From NCBI GenBank assembly GCA_039933955.1, contig JBDTNB010000008.1, positions 20,396 to 84,395 of the forward strand: a stretch of DNA of 64,000 nucleotides, read 5' to 3'. A program made the translations under genes and the position numbers. The DNA is from Chloroflexota bacterium. Its GTDB lineage: Bacteria > Chloroflexota > Anaerolineae > Aggregatilineales > Phototrophicaceae. The notes beneath the pieces were generated by a model that did no database searches, was not told the origin of the DNA, and saw only the letters and a program-made list of their open reading frames with translations. Positions 60,856 to 64,000 of the stretch are shown in pieces (position 1 is the stretch's first letter; every line of letters begins with the position of its first letter).

Positions 60856-61740
60856 CTATTTAGGCGGCAGTCCGGCGGCTCCGCCTGCGGTGGTGATCGG
60901 CACGGCAAACCCGATACCGATGAAAACATTCTGTTTGGTCGGATTGAGCAGCATACTAACGATGCCGACTACCTGCCCGTAACGGTTGAGCAGCGGCCCG
61001 CCAGAATTGCCTGGATTGGTCGCTGCGTCAAACTGAATCAAATCTTTCATTTCTGTGCCGGACGGCGGTTGATAGGTGCGGTGCAAACCGGAGATCACGC
61101 CCGCGCTCATCGAATTGTTCAGGCCGAAGGGATGGCCGACGACATAGGCTTCGTCGCCGATGCGCATGGCGTTGGGGTTGCCCAGCACCGCTGGGACAAA
61201 TTCATCCGGCAGCGTGTCGGCTTTGAGCACAGCGATGTCGCTGTCGGGGAGGGTTCCGGCAACTGTTGCTTTAGAAGTTGAGCCGTCGGCGAAAGTCACA
61301 CGCAGATCAGCAGCAGTCGCCACGACATGCAGGCTGGTCAGAATATCGCCCGCATCATTGACGATCACACCCGCGCCGCTGCCTTCTTCACTCTGCACCG
61401 GATAAAAACCGCCGTCATCATCGGATTCATATTTAACGTTGCCGCCCGCGCCACCGCCAATCTGGGTTTCAACCAGCACCAGCGACGGCTGGATAATCTG
61501 ATATACCTGGGCTGACCAGGCCGGTGGGGGAGTCGCCGAGGCCATCGCCTGGACTACCGTATTTTGAACATCGCGCTGGGTGATGAGGGTTGGTTTAGGG
61601 GTGACGAGATTATACAGGAACAGGATGATGACTGCGCCGAGCGCGCCCCACACAACAGGCAGTATACGCCGCCCAAAGGTACGGACACGCCTTTTAAGAA
61701 CGATCCATCTATCCCTGATTGAGTGTGGTGTTTCCGTCAT
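60856..61740 (-). CDS. Membrane-anchored trypsin-like (HtrA-type, no PDZ) serine protease
   Basis: TSLHVV, DIAVL, NPGNSGGPL. Confidence 0.9.
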   Translation of the reverse strand: MTETPHSIRDRWIVLKRRVRTFGRRILPVVWGALGAVIILFLYNLVTPKPTLITQRDVQNTVVQAMASATPPPAWSAQVYQIIQPSLVLVETQIGGGAGGNVKYESDDDGGFYPVQSEEGSGAGVIVNDAGDILTSLHVVATAADLRVTFADGSTSKATVAGTLPDSDIAVLKADTLPDEFVPAVLGNPNAMRIGDEAYVVGHPFGLNNSMSAGVISGLHRTYQPPSGTEMKDLIQFDAATNPGNSGGPLLNRYGQVVGIVSMLLNPTKQNVFIGIGFAVPITTAGGAAGLPPK

Positions 61741-62009
61741 GCGCTCGAATAAACTATTCCCTAACCGGAAATTGACGTGAAATGTGTAAATAATAGTGCG
61801 TATTTCTGAGAACACGATGAGATTGCAGCCAAAATTTCCTGACGACTCCCTGAATAGCTGTACCTACGCCCAATACAGCACAATTGCCTATTCATTCCCC
61901 GTATTTCCTGAAAAGCAGGAAGGAACAGGAGATTGTTGAGAAATCGTTTGTTTCACGGGAAGACAACCTAAAATGCGCTATACTGAAACGCAGTAGGAGG
62001 TATCGGAAA

Positions 62010-62525
62010 ATGTTTGTTCAACGCGAAATAACGGCTGAAGAATTCCTGGTGTTTGCAGAAGCGCACCCGGATAAACGTTTTGATTTCATCGACGGAGAGG
62101 TTGTCGAGGTGTCACCCAAACCAATACATGGCCGGAAGCAGATTATTTTTGGCAGCGAACTGGAAGCCTATACCCAGCAAAATCCTGTCGGTGTGGTTTA
62201 TAGTGAAGTGCTGGTCGTTTTGGATGGTGAAAAGTTCATGCCGGATGTGTGTATCAGTGACTACACTGAAGCCGACTACCTCACTACACCGCCCATATTC
62301 GTGGTCGAAATCCGCTCCGATAGTCAAAGCCGGGAATCCCAACGCCGCAAAGCCCGCGCCTATATCCAGCATGGTTGTAAAATGGTGGTACTGGTGCTGC
62401 CCGGTGAAAGCGTCGAAGTTTACCGTCCCGATAAAGACGTGCTGGTTCTGACGGCGGCGGATGTCCTGGACGGTGAAGATGTGCTGCCGGGATTCAAGTT
62501 ACCCTTGAATCGTATTCTGCCGTAA
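62010..62525 (+). CDS. Uma2 family protein
   Basis: FIDGEVVE, PDV, VVEIRS, LDGEDVLPGF; AGGAGG RBS. Confidence 0.88.
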   Translation: MFVQREITAEEFLVFAEAHPDKRFDFIDGEVVEVSPKPIHGRKQIIFGSELEAYTQQNPVGVVYSEVLVVLDGEKFMPDVCISDYTEADYLTTPPIFVVEIRSDSQSRESQRRKARAYIQHGCKMVVLVLPGESVEVYRPDKDVLVLTAADVLDGEDVLPGFKLPLNRILP

Positions 62526-62626
62526 CCATCACGCAGCACAATCTACGCAGAGAGTATGAAAAACCTGCTGCTAATTGGCAGCAGCGAAAACGGAGCGAAA
62601 AAATACGCCCCAGTTTGTGAGGAAAC

Positions 62627-62950
62627 ATGTCTGACGAATTTCGTGCCTTATGGGACAGTTTAGGCGGGCGGGAACAAAATATTCTGTGCAACGCCGGACA
62701 CAACCCGGATTTTGAAGTGCGGGCGGGCTTCGGCGATTGGGAAAGTGAGCCATTTCAGCGCCAGTTAGTCGAGAAGGGGCTGCTGCTGGAAATTAAGCGC
62801 GGCGTTTCGATGGCGACCTACAGCCTGACCAATCTCGCCGCTGATGTGCTGCTCGCCATGCCCGACAATTTAAAAGTTCAATGGTGGCCGCTGCCGAAAG
62901 ATATTGTGCGCATGAAAGCCCATCTCGCGACCCGCCGCCGCGACGAATAG
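62627..62950 (+). CDS. Hypothetical protein (possibly winged helix)
   Basis: LVEKGLL...YSLT pattern; GAGGA RBS. Confidence 0.55.
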   Translation: MSDEFRALWDSLGGREQNILCNAGHNPDFEVRAGFGDWESEPFQRQLVEKGLLLEIKRGVSMATYSLTNLAADVLLAMPDNLKVQWWPLPKDIVRMKAHLATRRRDE

Positions 62951-63237
62951 CCCGTAATTCAAACACCTTTTAAAACCGCAATAGTCATCGTGGGCACAAC
63001 AATATCGTGCCCTTTTGCCTAAAATTGAATTCGACACCTAAAAAACAGACGAAATATATCGCGTCCTTACACCATCTAATCTCATAGGCATTCAAGACAC
63101 CGCGTCCCTTGTAAAATAGTGACCGAATTATTTGCGCAGCCTACGGCATTCCCGATTTCTACACTGCATCTACACAACTTCTCCATATCTGTTTGCTAGA
63201 GTCAGACACAATCAACCAGGCGAGAAGGGCAGCAATC

Positions 63238-63504
63238 ATGCAAAACAAAACGCTCTACACCATCCCCTATGACAATCAGGCAGCCCGCCGTCAACCCAAT
63301 ATCAGCGCGCCGCTGGTGATCTGCCGCTGCTGCGGTACACATATCGAACCCAAATGGCAGCCCGGTTCCGGCCATAAGGCAGGCTGCTGGCTGCTGACCT
63401 GCACCGATGAAGCCTGCGCGCTGTGCAATTACACCTTCAGCACCGAGCACTACAACGACATCGACCTCAATCCCTACCTCGAAACCGCCTATATGCGCCA
63501 TTAA
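63238..63504 (+). CDS. Small zinc-ribbon protein
   Basis: CRCCG...CTDEAC. Confidence 0.55.
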   Translation: MQNKTLYTIPYDNQAARRQPNISAPLVICRCCGTHIEPKWQPGSGHKAGCWLLTCTDEACALCNYTFSTEHYNDIDLNPYLETAYMRH

Positions 63505-64000
63505 ACGTCAAACGTTACCGCTGATCGGCAGTGTAGGGGCACGACGTATCGTGCCCCATTAATAGCGTCACTATCAACCGATTCGTCGCGTAACATTTTT
63601 ATAACGATAAACTAACCAATCTGTAACCCAATCTCATTCAAATTCAAACCGGATGTTCGGACAAATGTTCCACATCCGGGTTTGAATCTATGGTAAGCTG
63701 TTTGGAAATGGGCCGGATGATGACGATTCACGGCAGACTCTAAACGGAGTCTGCGCCGCCACCGCCGCCGCCGCTGCCAACCGGTTGACAAGCAAAAATT
63801 GATAAAGAGAATCGATTCACGATTTTCAGATGCAGCTTTTTCAACGTTTTCTTTATACCGGGCTGTAAAAGGCGGGCAGGGGAGGGCATGAGTCACCTGC
63901 AAAGGTTAAGACTCGGTTGCACGAATCGGATTCGAAGGCTATACTTCCGATTATTAACGAAAGTTTTGCAACTTAACAAACGCATATAAAACAAAAGAGC

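Noticed and set aside
56549-61740. Trypsin-MoxR-DUF58-VWA-VWA operon as a novel system
   Set aside because: MoxR-DUF58-VWA clusters are widespread and well described.
63612-63902. ORF with a poly-Arg stretch; palindrome at ~63641-63687
   Set aside because: The ORF derives from a GCC-rich tract; the palindrome is single-copy here with no further support.

Overview
The window looks like a Chloroflexota (Anaerolineae-like) chromosome. This is inferred from three Uma2 genes, GAAC-N4-GTTC LexA boxes and the REP families. Ordinary content: the end of a glycosylation/murJ cluster, an arsC-arsR/C-aquaporin operon, two ferritin-like paralogs, orphan parR/parM-like genes and a trypsin-MoxR-DUF58-VWA-VWA operon. 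A dispersed minus-strand type VII (WXG100/EccC) secretion locus is also present, with kinase, FHA and PP2C genes and a WXG100-CHAP protein. The most striking signal is a module present five times (7.4-8.1, 27.5-28.2, 37.9-38.7, 47.6-48.2, 53.5-54.4 kb). Each copy has a ~75-80 aa excisionase-like HTH gene, a sigma70 promoter just after its stop codon, and a 320-490 nt structured non-coding region with compensatory base changes ending in a terminator. Four copies also carry an internal antisense promoter that would make a ~80 nt countertranscript; it is degenerate in the fifth. This resembles a repressor plus antisense-RNA plasmid copy-control unit, but no rep gene follows. Other points: a LexA-boxed HTH cassette between 48-bp direct repeats, a duplicated iteron-like element, a deaminase toxin with an LQRxxGN leader, and palindromic repeats inserted in-frame into genes. 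All calls were made by eye, with no database searches.
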